This document shows, in pieces, positions 16,674 to 25,555 of a stretch of DNA of 26,248 nucleotides; position 1 is the first letter of the stretch, and each line of letters begins with the position of its first letter. The DNA is from a virus (taxonomy: Duplodnaviria > Caudoviricetes), in the IMG/VR virus record IMGVR_UViG_3300017781_000107, positions 1 through 26,248 of that record. One strand, written 5' to 3'. The notes under the pieces are model-generated. The model was not told where the DNA came from and did no database searches. It worked only from the letters and a program-made list of their open reading frames with translations. Position numbers and translations under genes: made by a program.

Positions 16674-18515
16674 TTAAAATAATGTTACTACCCTACCTTT
16701 AATATCGGTATTTGGATATTTAAGTTCAAAAATACTAGGATCTAATGAAGGGAATATTGTACCATTTTGGTTGGCAGCATTCATATCATATGCCCACTGT
16801 GAATATCCAGCTGAAACACCTGCCTTATTTGTTAGGGTAATATGTTTAACTGTTTGTACACCATTAATTGCATCTAATAATACAGTTAAATCTGGTGTTA
16901 TAATTGGTTGATTTATTTGCCAGTTATTTATATTGAAATAGTTTTGTAATGCTACAATACACCTTGATAATACTTCATTATTATTAAAATTAGGATATGT
17001 AATTATTTCAAAATCGATAGCAAAATTAATTATGAATGCATCTTTAATACTAATTGTATCTCCAATCATTCTATATTCGTTTATATAAGATTTTAAATTA
17101 TTTTTCAGCGTCAATGATGCTGTTGTTAATTTACTATTTAAATCATTGGTTAAAACATATATATCTAATGTTGTATTAGCATCATCAGCATTTGGTTTTT
17201 GTGTAAGCGCTTTAGATATTACTCCATATTTAGGATCCATACTTAACGCTCTTACTAAGTAGTCATTTGCTGTTACATTTCTTAATTGTGTTGAGAAGTT
17301 TGATATACTATTTTGTCTAATTTCTTCTATTGTATCACCATCTTGTCCTCCACTTGCTGCTATTACATTATTTGCAGCTAGAGAATTAAATACATATTGT
17401 GCTGTTGTTGGGTTTAAATCAGCATTTATAAATTGTATTGTTGATGTATTTAAGCTATTTAATGTGTTAGAAGGTACATTTGAACTAACACCACCACCTG
17501 TGTAATATCTAATCGTTAAAGTAGTATTTGAAGGTGCTACACCATAAGTATTTGTAAATACAAAATTAGTTGGTGAATATGCTGTTGTCATTTTATTTTG
17601 TAAAAAGGGCAAACCTAAACCTACATTAAATGGGTTTGGTACTATATCTTCTGTTGTTGAATTTGAACTACCAGCACCAAATTGTAATTGTAATAAATTT
17701 GAGCTTAAAAATCTAGTAGAAAATCTATTTTGTACTTGTTTTGTTTGAAGTAAATATGGCGCATCCGTATCAAGATATGTATTTGGGTCATTTGAGTTGG
17801 TATTTTTAATACCATCAAATACTTGTTCTTGTCCTAAGTAATCTACTTGATACCATTCGTTACCATCTGAATCAACCACATCTAATATTCCTGCTATATT
17901 AGCATCTGAAATTGTAGTGGTAGCAAATTCTTCTGGAGCACCAAAGGATATAGTTTGTGTATTAATAGTACCTGAGAATGCTTTTCGTCTTTTATTTAAT
18001 AGATAATAAACTGGTAAATTATTAGATACTTGTGCTACTGTTATTGTAGTTGGATCTATTGAACTTGATACTGTAAAATCTATCGGTTCGTCTATTGTAA
18101 ATGCTTGATTTCCTCCTTTATTAGTGATTACAGTATTTGCATTTACATATAAAGCATAACTAAAATCTGGGACTGTTTCTCCATTAACTAATTTAGATGG
18201 GATTTGTTGGTAAAAATCCATTGTTGTAGTGGCTAAACCTGTTACTTTAGGTGTATAACCGTACATATAAGCTAAATCAAATATATTACTTGTTTGTCTA
18301 GCGTATTGTAAAAAGTTTTCTTGTACCTGATTATCTAAATAAAATGATAAAACATCCCCCACGTAGGCGGCTTGTTCTATAAACATCATACCAGGAGATG
18401 TTTCTGTGAAGTCAGTATAGGTGGTAGGGAAATATGTTTGAGTATAATTAATCAGTTGATTTCTATACTCAGTAAAGTCCTTATTAATATATTGTATGTC
18501 TCTTTTAATTGCCAT
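16674..18515 (-). CDS. Baseplate wedge subunit (T4 gp6/P2 gpJ-like)
   Basis: YINKDFTEYRNQLI...YTDFTETSPGMMFIEQAAYVGDVLSFYLD...AYMYGY, LQFGAG, IRYYTGGG and ASGGQDGDTIEEIR...RNVTANDY are typical gp6/J motifs. Follows the gp25-like gene. Confidence 0.9.
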   Translation of the reverse strand: MAIKRDIQYINKDFTEYRNQLINYTQTYFPTTYTDFTETSPGMMFIEQAAYVGDVLSFYLDNQVQENFLQYARQTSNIFDLAYMYGYTPKVTGLATTTMDFYQQIPSKLVNGETVPDFSYALYVNANTVITNKGGNQAFTIDEPIDFTVSSSIDPTTITVAQVSNNLPVYYLLNKRRKAFSGTINTQTISFGAPEEFATTTISDANIAGILDVVDSDGNEWYQVDYLGQEQVFDGIKNTNSNDPNTYLDTDAPYLLQTKQVQNRFSTRFLSSNLLQLQFGAGSSNSTTEDIVPNPFNVGLGLPFLQNKMTTAYSPTNFVFTNTYGVAPSNTTLTIRYYTGGGVSSNVPSNTLNSLNTSTIQFINADLNPTTAQYVFNSLAANNVIAASGGQDGDTIEEIRQNSISNFSTQLRNVTANDYLVRALSMDPKYGVISKALTQKPNADDANTTLDIYVLTNDLNSKLTTASLTLKNNLKSYINEYRMIGDTISIKDAFIINFAIDFEIITYPNFNNNEVLSRCIVALQNYFNINNWQINQPIITPDLTVLLDAINGVQTVKHITLTNKAGVSAGYSQWAYDMNAANQNGTIFPSLDPSIFELKYPNTDIKGRVVTLF

Positions 18516-18922
18516 TAGTTAAAAGTTAAAGTTAGTTCATCATTAATACCAGTATTTGTTACTGAGTAATACATTTGAACTGATATTTCATTTGAATCTG
18601 GGTCTTCTACTAAAGACAACTCTTGAAGATCTACATTTGGGAAATTTTGTGACATCTTATCTCCAATATCTTCTTTTAAATATTCTAATGTGTTATTTGA
18701 TATTTGTTCAAATATAAATTCTCTTAAACCTCCTCCAAATGATGGATTACCACATCTTTCACCTGGGTTGGTTAGAAAATAATTTATTAAATTGTTTTTT
18801 ATTGATTCTGCTGTTGTATAATTAGACGTAAAAACTTCTCCGGCGTTAAAAGGGATGTCCACACCAATACCAACTCGTGGTCTAGTATCATTGGGAAATC
18901 TATTTATTGCTCCAAATGCCAT
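18515..18922 (-). CDS. Baseplate wedge/sheath-initiator protein (GPW/gp25 family)
   Basis: ESIKNNLINYFLTNPGERCGNPSFGGGLREFIFEQ is the T.pGER...P.FG signature of gp25. Confidence 0.92.
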   Translation of the reverse strand: MAFGAINRFPNDTRPRVGIGVDIPFNAGEVFTSNYTTAESIKNNLINYFLTNPGERCGNPSFGGGLREFIFEQISNNTLEYLKEDIGDKMSQNFPNVDLQELSLVEDPDSNEISVQMYYSVTNTGINDELTLTFN

Positions 18923-18924
18923 AA

Positions 18925-19275
18925 TTATCCTTTACTATTCATTAATCCCATAATTTGATCCATACTAACATTTCCATTTGGTAGACTACCATTTGGTGAT
19001 GTTGTATCTCCTCCTGTTACTTGTAATGGAACATCTGCTGATGTTGCATTTAAGGTACCATTAGCTCCTGGTCTCATTCCGTCTAAAACATTCATCATGT
19101 TTTCTCTTAATGCCATTTTATCTTCTTTTGCTAAAGGTTTATGTTGTGTTTCTAAAACTGGAGCTGCTGTACTTCTTGGTGTTTTAATAGCTTCTAGTAG
19201 AATATCCTTCATTTCTTCTTGGATAGCTTCTTTAACTGCAGTTTTTACTATGCTCTTTAATTGATTTAATTTCAT
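18925..19275 (-). CDS. Hypothetical phage protein
   Basis: 116 aa with an N-terminal amphipathic helix (LKSIVKTAVKEAIQEEMKDILLE); preceded by the late-promoter motif. Confidence 0.75.
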   Translation of the reverse strand: MKLNQLKSIVKTAVKEAIQEEMKDILLEAIKTPRSTAAPVLETQHKPLAKEDKMALRENMMNVLDGMRPGANGTLNATSADVPLQVTGGDTTSPNGSLPNGNVSMDQIMGLMNSKG

Positions 19276-19294
19276 GTCAAAAAATTTAATTTAT

Positions 19295-19303
19295 TATAAA
19301 TAT
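19295..19303 (-). promoter_or_regulatory. Putative late promoter ATATTTATA
   Basis: tataaatat on the + strand, 19 nt upstream of the ATG at 19275. Confidence 0.7.
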
Positions 19304-19307
19304 TGGT

Positions 19308-21218
19308 TTAGTTTGCTTTTAAGTCATTTTGTTTAATATAGAATGCTAGTTCATCAATCAATATTTGATCTTCGGCAGCAAACGATTTTTCTCCTTTTAA
19401 AATTGTAACTCCTCTTGAATCTTTTGCAATGGCATAACGTTGATATAGATCTCCTTCTCCATAATTTTGAGCGTTCTCTGTATCAGCAACTACTGTTAAT
19501 TCAAACCCATTTACAAATTTATCTGGTGTTTCACCTTGTATATCTTGCTGTGCTTGTAATATTAATAATTCAGCATTAATTTCTTCCATATCAATATTAC
19601 CATCAGAACAATCTCCTATTAATAGATCAATTGTTTTTAAATACTTTAATATTATAAATAAACATATAACTAATATTATTAATGATATAAGTGTTGATTT
19701 TTTTAGGTTTTTAAATTCTTCAGAAAAATTAATAAGTAATTCTTTTATTTCCTGTAATTTACCAACTAAAGAATATGATGCAAATTGTAAAGGTATAGGT
19801 AACTTATCTAATGCCTTTTCTATTATTTTAAAATTTTTGGTTAATATTAAAAATGCTACGGCTAACGCTGAATTTGCTATGATAACACCATATATATTAT
19901 TTAATTGTCTTACTATTGAGTTTCTTTTTTTAATACACTGTTTTAATATTGTATTATCAGGGCACCTAGCTTGGTTCTTTTGTGCTAGTTTAGCTATTCC
20001 AAAATTAACTAATAAACCTATAGCTAAAGGTAATAGTTTTTGTTGTGCAATTGTAGCAAAACCTAATATTGTTTTTTTAACCTCTATAATAGTTCTTTCA
20101 ACTGGTTCTAATAGTATATCAAGTTGTTTATCTATTATTCTATTAATCTCATCAACTATTTTTTGTTTTTGTTCCTTGGATAATTCTTTTATATTAATTA
20201 ATGCTAGTGGTGGTAGTTGTTGTTTAATAACATGATCACCTTTAATCATTTGCTGTGCAAACGGTGTATATTTTTGATTTGCTTTTTCACCTAAATTATA
20301 TAATACAACAGGTTTAAGAGGGACTTTAGGGTAATCTGGATCTCCAAATACTGGTATCCCAAATTTAATTTCATATTCTCCGTTCTTGTCAGTTTTAATT
20401 TCTAATGCTTTTTCCTTTTCTTCATCACTCATTGTTTTTAGAGCGGGATCCTGTACATATGATATTCTTTCTGTGGTTTTAAAATTGGTAAACCTAAAAT
20501 CTTTAGATTGAAATGATTTTCCCCCATTTAATTCTTCAAATTTATCTACAGCATCTTGATCATATAATACAGGGTTAAAACCACCATCTTCATAAACACC
20601 CGATATTTTTCCATCTTTATCAGTATTTAAGGTATAGGTAAAAAATTTACCTCCTTCTTCACCCCCTTGAATTACTTTAGAATTACTACCATCAGGATTA
20701 GTAACATTACTTATTGAATTAAAATTTTCTTCAAAATTGTTGTTATCCTGAGAGTATTCTACTGTTGATGATATTCCTTCTTTAATTATTTGATTTTTTT
20801 CTTGTCTACCATCAAATTTATCTCTACGTTCTAATAATCGATTATATCTTTTTTCTGATAATGGTTCTACTATACCTTCTTTATTAGTTGCAAAATACTG
20901 TTTATTATAAACAATATCTCCATTTTCATCTCTTTCAGGCACTATAGGGTATAATACCAATTGAGGACTTACTAATATGCCTTGTAAATTATCTTTAGTT
21001 TGAGCATCATATAATCTACCTTTTACAGTAAACACTTCTATTCTTATAGAACGCAAAATCTTTTTTATTTTAATAGCATCTCTTTTTGCTACATCTACAT
21101 CCCGTCCCGTAACATCTGTTTTTACCCCCAACTGTTTTTTAATAAGGTCCAAACCTTTAGGGGACTGTAAAAATGCTTTAGCTGCATCTAATATTTCGTC
21201 TATTGATGGTATCTTCAT
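19308..21218 (-). CDS. Hypothetical protein with an interrupted carboxypeptidase-regulatory-like domain and C-terminal hydrophobic helices
   Basis: VKGRLYDAQTKDNLQGILV ... IKTDKNGEYEIKF, plus hydrophobic segments LLPLAIGLLVNFGIA, IYGVIIANSALAVAFLILT and TLISLIILVICLFIILKYL. Confidence 0.55.
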   Translation of the reverse strand: MKIPSIDEILDAAKAFLQSPKGLDLIKKQLGVKTDVTGRDVDVAKRDAIKIKKILRSIRIEVFTVKGRLYDAQTKDNLQGILVSPQLVLYPIVPERDENGDIVYNKQYFATNKEGIVEPLSEKRYNRLLERRDKFDGRQEKNQIIKEGISSTVEYSQDNNNFEENFNSISNVTNPDGSNSKVIQGGEEGGKFFTYTLNTDKDGKISGVYEDGGFNPVLYDQDAVDKFEELNGGKSFQSKDFRFTNFKTTERISYVQDPALKTMSDEEKEKALEIKTDKNGEYEIKFGIPVFGDPDYPKVPLKPVVLYNLGEKANQKYTPFAQQMIKGDHVIKQQLPPLALINIKELSKEQKQKIVDEINRIIDKQLDILLEPVERTIIEVKKTILGFATIAQQKLLPLAIGLLVNFGIAKLAQKNQARCPDNTILKQCIKKRNSIVRQLNNIYGVIIANSALAVAFLILTKNFKIIEKALDKLPIPLQFASYSLVGKLQEIKELLINFSEEFKNLKKSTLISLIILVICLFIILKYLKTIDLLIGDCSDGNIDMEEINAELLILQAQQDIQGETPDKFVNGFELTVVADTENAQNYGEGDLYQRYAIAKDSRGVTILKGEKSFAAEDQILIDELAFYIKQNDLKAN

Positions 21219-21219
21219 A

Positions 21220-22506
21220 TTATACAGATTTTACCTTTTTAGACAAAAACTTTGGTAAGTTATTGCTTATACTTTGAATTTGAGCTTTTACCAAAATTGC
21301 TTTTGCTGCTGTTCCTTGTATTGATGATTCTGATGATAATGAGCTACATAAAGTTTCTAAATTTTTTAATAAACTAGAAAATGAAGCCATAAAAGTATCA
21401 CCTAATACTATAGCTTGATCAGCATTTGTACCACCTAAATTAACATAACCTTTTTCACTACTTAGGTTAACGTTTCTTTCTCTTGATCTAAACCCTACAT
21501 CTTCATTAGATTCTAAAATAATTGATTTTTGGGCAGACATTATAATGTTATCTGTTTTAGAATTAAAAACTAATCTATCAGAATTCAACATTACTTGTGA
21601 TCCACTATATTGTCTAGGGTCTATTGGTGTGTTTGATATAATATTATTTAAAGGCACAGTTGCCGATTCTCCAACTGCTAAACCTAATGTTGCTATTTCT
21701 AATGGTATGCGTTGGGTTGAAGTTAAGTATATTGATGTTGGGTCATCATTAATACTTTCAACTGTAGGGACCCAAGATTCATTACTACCTGTTACAGTAG
21801 CTTGACCATTTTTTATTATTGTAATAGGACTTCCTTGTGTTCCTATTGAAGACCAATTATTAACAATATCTCCATCAACCGTTGTAGTACTACCCAAACG
21901 AATTGTATTACCAAATCTACCTTCAATTATATTATCTCCAGCAAATGGTAAAATTGGTTTGATATTTCCATTTTCAATAAAATTCCCACCACTTTGACCA
22001 TTAAGATCAAGTTCAAATTCTTCGTTACTTTCTTTGTTTGTAGCACCCGCTTGAATACTATCATAAGATTTAGTTTGAGATGGTGAGTTAAGATTTGTTA
22101 AATAAGATGGATAACCATTCTGTTCAGGATGATTCCAAATACCTATGGGGTTTAAATAATAATATTCATAACTACCTGCAGCTCCTGGGTCTTCTGTGGA
22201 AGGTAATTTAAATAAAAGTACTAATTCATTTACTAATGGAAAATTCTTAAACTGTGGGTATAAAGGTTTAGCAGTATTTGATTTATTCTCACCTATAACA
22301 GCCGCCGGTTGATCTAAAATTTCATATTTTATAGTGCCAATAGCACCCCACCCACCTTGTTTGAATAGTTGTGAGTTAGTATTTAAAGAGATGTCAATAA
22401 CCCTAGCTACTATTAGATTATCTTTTAAACCTTCTATAGTGCTATCTGAATTATTAGAACCACCAGTAAGGGTTCTATTTAAATAAGCTAAACCTGTTAC
22501 AGACAT
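21220..22506 (-). CDS. Baseplate central spike/hub protein (gp5/gpV/VgrG-like OB fold plus beta-helix)
   Basis: N-terminal VARVIDI...IGTIKY...AKPL..FPLVNELVLL OB-like pattern; GDNIIEGRFGNTIRLG; C-terminal beta-helix-like repeats QVMLNSDRLVFNSKTDNIIMSAQKSIILES...VNLGG...IVLGD. Lies upstream of gp25/gp6. Confidence 0.7.
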   Translation of the reverse strand: MSVTGLAYLNRTLTGGSNNSDSTIEGLKDNLIVARVIDISLNTNSQLFKQGGWGAIGTIKYEILDQPAAVIGENKSNTAKPLYPQFKNFPLVNELVLLFKLPSTEDPGAAGSYEYYYLNPIGIWNHPEQNGYPSYLTNLNSPSQTKSYDSIQAGATNKESNEEFELDLNGQSGGNFIENGNIKPILPFAGDNIIEGRFGNTIRLGSTTTVDGDIVNNWSSIGTQGSPITIIKNGQATVTGSNESWVPTVESINDDPTSIYLTSTQRIPLEIATLGLAVGESATVPLNNIISNTPIDPRQYSGSQVMLNSDRLVFNSKTDNIIMSAQKSIILESNEDVGFRSRERNVNLSSEKGYVNLGGTNADQAIVLGDTFMASFSSLLKNLETLCSSLSSESSIQGTAAKAILVKAQIQSISNNLPKFLSKKVKSV

Positions 22507-22859
22507 TATTTTTCTTTACTTTCTGTATAGTTGGTATTCAATTTATCTAATTCTGCCATTAATTCTTCTTTTTCAGCATCGGTAATACCCAATGAATCCT
22601 CGCTACTACTATTATTGATCGCACGCTGTACTATAGTAGCCATTTTAATTAATTGTTCATCGTTACGTATGCCAATTTCCATATATTCTTTAATAAGGGG
22701 TACAATTAAAGTTGCATCACCTATATCGTTTATTAATGGTTTTAGTTCTGAAATTAGACCCGAAATTTGAGTTTCTTTTTTCTTTTGGTTGTCGTATATT
22801 TCACTTAGAATATCCGAAAACTTTTTTTTCTTAAATACAATGTTGTCTAGTGATCCCAT
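22506..22859 (-). CDS. Hypothetical helical phage protein; first gene of the late structural operon
   Basis: 117 aa with a promoter motif upstream and a TAATG overlap with the spike gene. Confidence 0.75.
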   Translation of the reverse strand: MGSLDNIVFKKKKFSDILSEIYDNQKKKETQISGLISELKPLINDIGDATLIVPLIKEYMEIGIRNDEQLIKMATIVQRAINNSSSEDSLGITDAEKEELMAELDKLNTNYTESKEK

Positions 22860-22869
22860 AGTGTTTTAT

Positions 22870-22878
22870 TATAAATAT
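22870..22878 (-). promoter_or_regulatory. Putative late promoter ATATTTATA
   Basis: tataaatat on the + strand, 10 nt upstream of the ATG at 22859 and immediately downstream of the sigma factor gene. Confidence 0.7.
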
Positions 22879-22893
22879 GGATATAGGATGAAT

Positions 22894-23598
22894 TTAAAAC
22901 TTACACCAGCCGTTTTCTAAATAAAAGATGTATTGACTTTTAAAAATATCGTGAAGCTTATCAGCTATTTTAGTTATTTTTGGTGTTTTAACATCTATTA
23001 TTTCTCTAATGTATATGTAAAGCGCTTTTTTATTAAAAACTTCTATCGTTTCTCTTTTTCTAAACAATTCTAAAATTGCATCCGCTATCTGAGCATCATT
23101 TTTTTTAGGGAAAAGATCATATATGTTTTCTGTTGTATAATCAACAAATAATTCAATATATTTGCTCAAGTCATCTTTAGCAGCTTTATCACCCATATTA
23201 TAGGTGTGAGTAGATTTATCACCCATTAAAACATCAACTTCAACCTTTTTAATTTTCTTATTATAGTTTTTAGTGTTATATAATATTAACCATCTTTTAA
23301 CTATAGTTCCAAAATACGAATATGCTTTGGCCCCTCTAGTTGGGTCAAATAGGTGGATTTTAGACAACAAAAAAGTAATTATTTCATGTTGTAAATGTTC
23401 TAAATTCTCAACCTCTGTATGGTAGAATTTAAACGTGTGAATAATATTTTGTGTTAACTTAAAAAACGCGTAATGAATTTCGCGCTCGTATAATTTGGAT
23501 CTGACATCTGAGTCTAACGTATTGTTATAAAGTACAATAGCGTCCTCCGTCTGTTGAGTAAAATAATTTTTACTCTTTTTTCTTCTTTTTCTTACCAT
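22894..23598 (-). CDS. Phage RNA polymerase sigma factor (sigma-70 region 2; T4 gp55-like late sigma)
   Basis: KIHLFDPTRGAKAYSYFGTIVKRWLI matches the FDP..g.k..sY...i region 2.2-2.4 motif. The basic N-terminus followed by NYFTQQTEDAIVLYN resembles gp55-family N-termini. Confidence 0.75.
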   Translation of the reverse strand: MVRKRRKKSKNYFTQQTEDAIVLYNNTLDSDVRSKLYEREIHYAFFKLTQNIIHTFKFYHTEVENLEHLQHEIITFLLSKIHLFDPTRGAKAYSYFGTIVKRWLILYNTKNYNKKIKKVEVDVLMGDKSTHTYNMGDKAAKDDLSKYIELFVDYTTENIYDLFPKKNDAQIADAILELFRKRETIEVFNKKALYIYIREIIDVKTPKITKIADKLHDIFKSQYIFYLENGWCKF

Positions 23599-23870
23599 TA
23601 TTGGATTTTAAACTTTGATATACCATCTTGTATTACCTTTATTTGTTCAAAAAACCAACCTATTTCATCATCACTCTTAAACATGCCTTTTTCGTCTACT
23701 TGTTTTAGACGATCTTCTGACATTTTAATTTGTATATTAAATTCTGTTATATAGTCATTATATTGGTTAATAATATCTTCTTGTTTCTCTGTCTTACGTA
23801 GTAAATTCCACGTAGTATAGAGTAAAACTAAAATTATAAAAATTAATGCTCCTATTATGTAAATCTCCAT
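23598..23870 (-). CDS. Small membrane-anchored coiled-coil protein
   Basis: N-terminal TM helix IYIIGALIFIILVLLYTTW followed by a charged helical region; TAATG-coupled on both sides. Confidence 0.75.
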   Translation of the reverse strand: MEIYIIGALIFIILVLLYTTWNLLRKTEKQEDIINQYNDYITEFNIQIKMSEDRLKQVDEKGMFKSDDEIGWFFEQIKVIQDGISKFKIQ

Positions 23871-24646
23871 TATAAACTATCTAACATATTCTTTAAACCT
23901 GGGCTTGAAACTGAGTTTAATGCCCTAGATTTTGAACTTGATTTTTTATTCGACGACAATGTATAATTCTTCTTCGGCGTTGCCACGCTATCCTGAGAAA
24001 ACTTTGGGAGCCATTCAATTTCAAATTCAATTCTCGCAGCCATCATGTCAGCTTGGTGAAGAATGAATGGAAGTGATGTGCGAGGTTTAGTTTCGGGCAT
24101 AAAAGATTTAAGATACTTCTCATTAGCCGAATCATATAAACCATCATGTGTTTGGATGGCTAACATTTCATTGAATGTATATTTAATATCATGAGATTGT
24201 AGTAAAAATAACCCTCTATCAGGCACAGCAGCAAATGCTATTTTTTTATTATGCATGTATTCTTCACCTAATTTATCCCTTCTCCATTGATCAGTCTGAG
24301 GGATGTAAGATTCATTTTGTTCATCACCCATTTTACCTAAATCATGATTAATAGCAGCAAATACTAACTCTTCTTGTGTAAACGTAGTCATATCACATCC
24401 AAAACCTTCCCATACAGCAGACATTGATAATGCTGCTTTAACTACTCGGTTAACATGATCAACATATCCACCTGGGAATGCTGAATGGTATTCTTTTTTA
24501 TGTGATGCCGGCATTAAGATAATACGATCTTCGTATTTTTGGTAGAAATCAAGTAATTTCTGTTTACGATCTCCTGTAATATAATTTTCAATATTAGTAT
24601 TGAATTCAATCCAATTTGCCTGAATTTGTTCTGCGGTTAATGTCAT
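23870..24646 (-). CDS. HD-domain metal-dependent phosphohydrolase (YhaM-like HD, no OB fold)
   Basis: PAS...YHSAFPGGYVDHVNRV, AAINHDLGKMG, IQTHDG and ILHQADMMAARIE give the H...HD...H...D pattern. Confidence 0.85.
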   Translation of the reverse strand: MTLTAEQIQANWIEFNTNIENYITGDRKQKLLDFYQKYEDRIILMPASHKKEYHSAFPGGYVDHVNRVVKAALSMSAVWEGFGCDMTTFTQEELVFAAINHDLGKMGDEQNESYIPQTDQWRRDKLGEEYMHNKKIAFAAVPDRGLFLLQSHDIKYTFNEMLAIQTHDGLYDSANEKYLKSFMPETKPRTSLPFILHQADMMAARIEFEIEWLPKFSQDSVATPKKNYTLSSNKKSSSKSRALNSVSSPGLKNMLDSL

Positions 24647-24658
24647 AACTTTTATTAT

Positions 24659-24718
24659 TTATTTATATTTGTAACGTTTTGCCCCTTTATCCCCTGGTGC
24701 CTTTGTTTTTATTCCCAT
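24659..24718 (-). CDS. Possible 19-aa basic micropeptide MGIKTKAPGDKGAKRYKYK
   Basis: ATG at 24718 to TAA at 24659 in the only long intergenic gap; AGGA lies 4 nt upstream of the ATG. Too short to confirm. Confidence 0.3.
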   Translation of the reverse strand: MGIKTKAPGDKGAKRYKYK

Positions 24719-24758
24719 TTTTTCCTAAACCCTGTACGTCCAAGATAATGGAAGGATT

Positions 24759-25202
24759 TTACAATGGCACGGAATTTTCGACTTTTCTTTTTAATGTTTG
24801 TATTTCCAATAGGAAAGCACACTTTTCATATTCTTCCTCACGCTCAAAATAATTAATTGCTTGCTTAAGTGAGTCAATAAGTTCTTTTGTTTTAAAATCC
24901 ACTAAGGCCTCTAAATGATCAATATCCTCTAAATTAATTTTACTGATATAATGGTATGCTCTATTATATACAGTATATTCTGATGCCTCTTTAGTATCAG
25001 TAACACTGTAATTTGGAGATTCTGCCTTAAGAAATTTTTCTAATTTTTGATGAAATACTTGATGATTGATAATTAATTTAGTAAACATACCTAGCTTAGT
25101 ATAAGGCTCTTCTAATATTTTTTTACTAACATTTGAAATAGGATTTGAAATTCCATTTTCCTCATTACCAAATAAACCAAATATTCTATTTTTATCTATC
25201 AT
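24759..25202 (-). CDS. Hypothetical protein with a C-terminal UvrB/UvrC-like motif
   Basis: LKQAINYFEREEEYEKCAFLLEIQ fits the UVR helical hairpin (L..A...E.YE.aA.l). ATGA overlap with the nuclease gene. Confidence 0.65.
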   Translation of the reverse strand: MIDKNRIFGLFGNEENGISNPISNVSKKILEEPYTKLGMFTKLIINHQVFHQKLEKFLKAESPNYSVTDTKEASEYTVYNRAYHYISKINLEDIDHLEALVDFKTKELIDSLKQAINYFEREEEYEKCAFLLEIQTLKRKVENSVPL

Positions 25203-25543
25203 CTTTTTCCTCCGTGGTATGCTACTGCATGTCCCTCAGTTATTAATAAATCATTTAAATTTTGATCACCAAAAAATATATTTCCAAGACATCTACCATA
25301 TTTACCTACACCTTGTGACTCCAATATAAAAACATTATTATGCTTTTCAAACATATCCACCACAAAACTTTTAGCAGCTAACCCTCTAGCTTTTTCTTCT
25401 AAATCTCTTGTTCTTGATTCTGGAGTATTAATTCCAACTAATCTAATTCTAATAAACTTCCAGGTATCAAAACCTAAATCTACGGTAGCATCAACTGTAT
25501 CACCATCAACTACTCTATCTAACTTTGCGTTGTAAATATACAT
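25199..25543 (-). CDS. Staphylococcal nuclease (thermonuclease)-like protein
   Basis: RVVDGDTV, RIRLVGINTPESRT, GKYGRCLG and LNDLLITEGHAVAY; no signal peptide. Confidence 0.88.
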   Translation of the reverse strand: MYIYNAKLDRVVDGDTVDATVDLGFDTWKFIRIRLVGINTPESRTRDLEEKARGLAAKSFVVDMFEKHNNVFILESQGVGKYGRCLGNIFFGDQNLNDLLITEGHAVAYHGGKR

Positions 25544-25555
25544 AATCGTTTTGGT

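Noticed and set aside
16674-22506. Bacterial T6SS/eCIS/tailocin locus
   Set aside because: gp25, gp6 and spike homologs are shared with these systems, but the gp55-like sigma factor, SNase, T5orf172, phage-style promoters and lack of bacterial housekeeping context indicate a phage.
140-23754. All + strand ORFs in the track (e.g. 140..337, 2741..3034, 19837..20235, 21545..21805)
   Set aside because: They are short antisense shadows of long minus-strand genes with no recognisable motifs. The His/Leu-rich 140..337 ORF is an artefact of the collagen codons.
23870-24646. HD protein as DatZ (Z-genome) or Cas3-HD
   Set aside because: The motifs are YhaM-like (H.a.pGG...H, HDlGK), and there are no purZ/mazZ or cas genes in the window.
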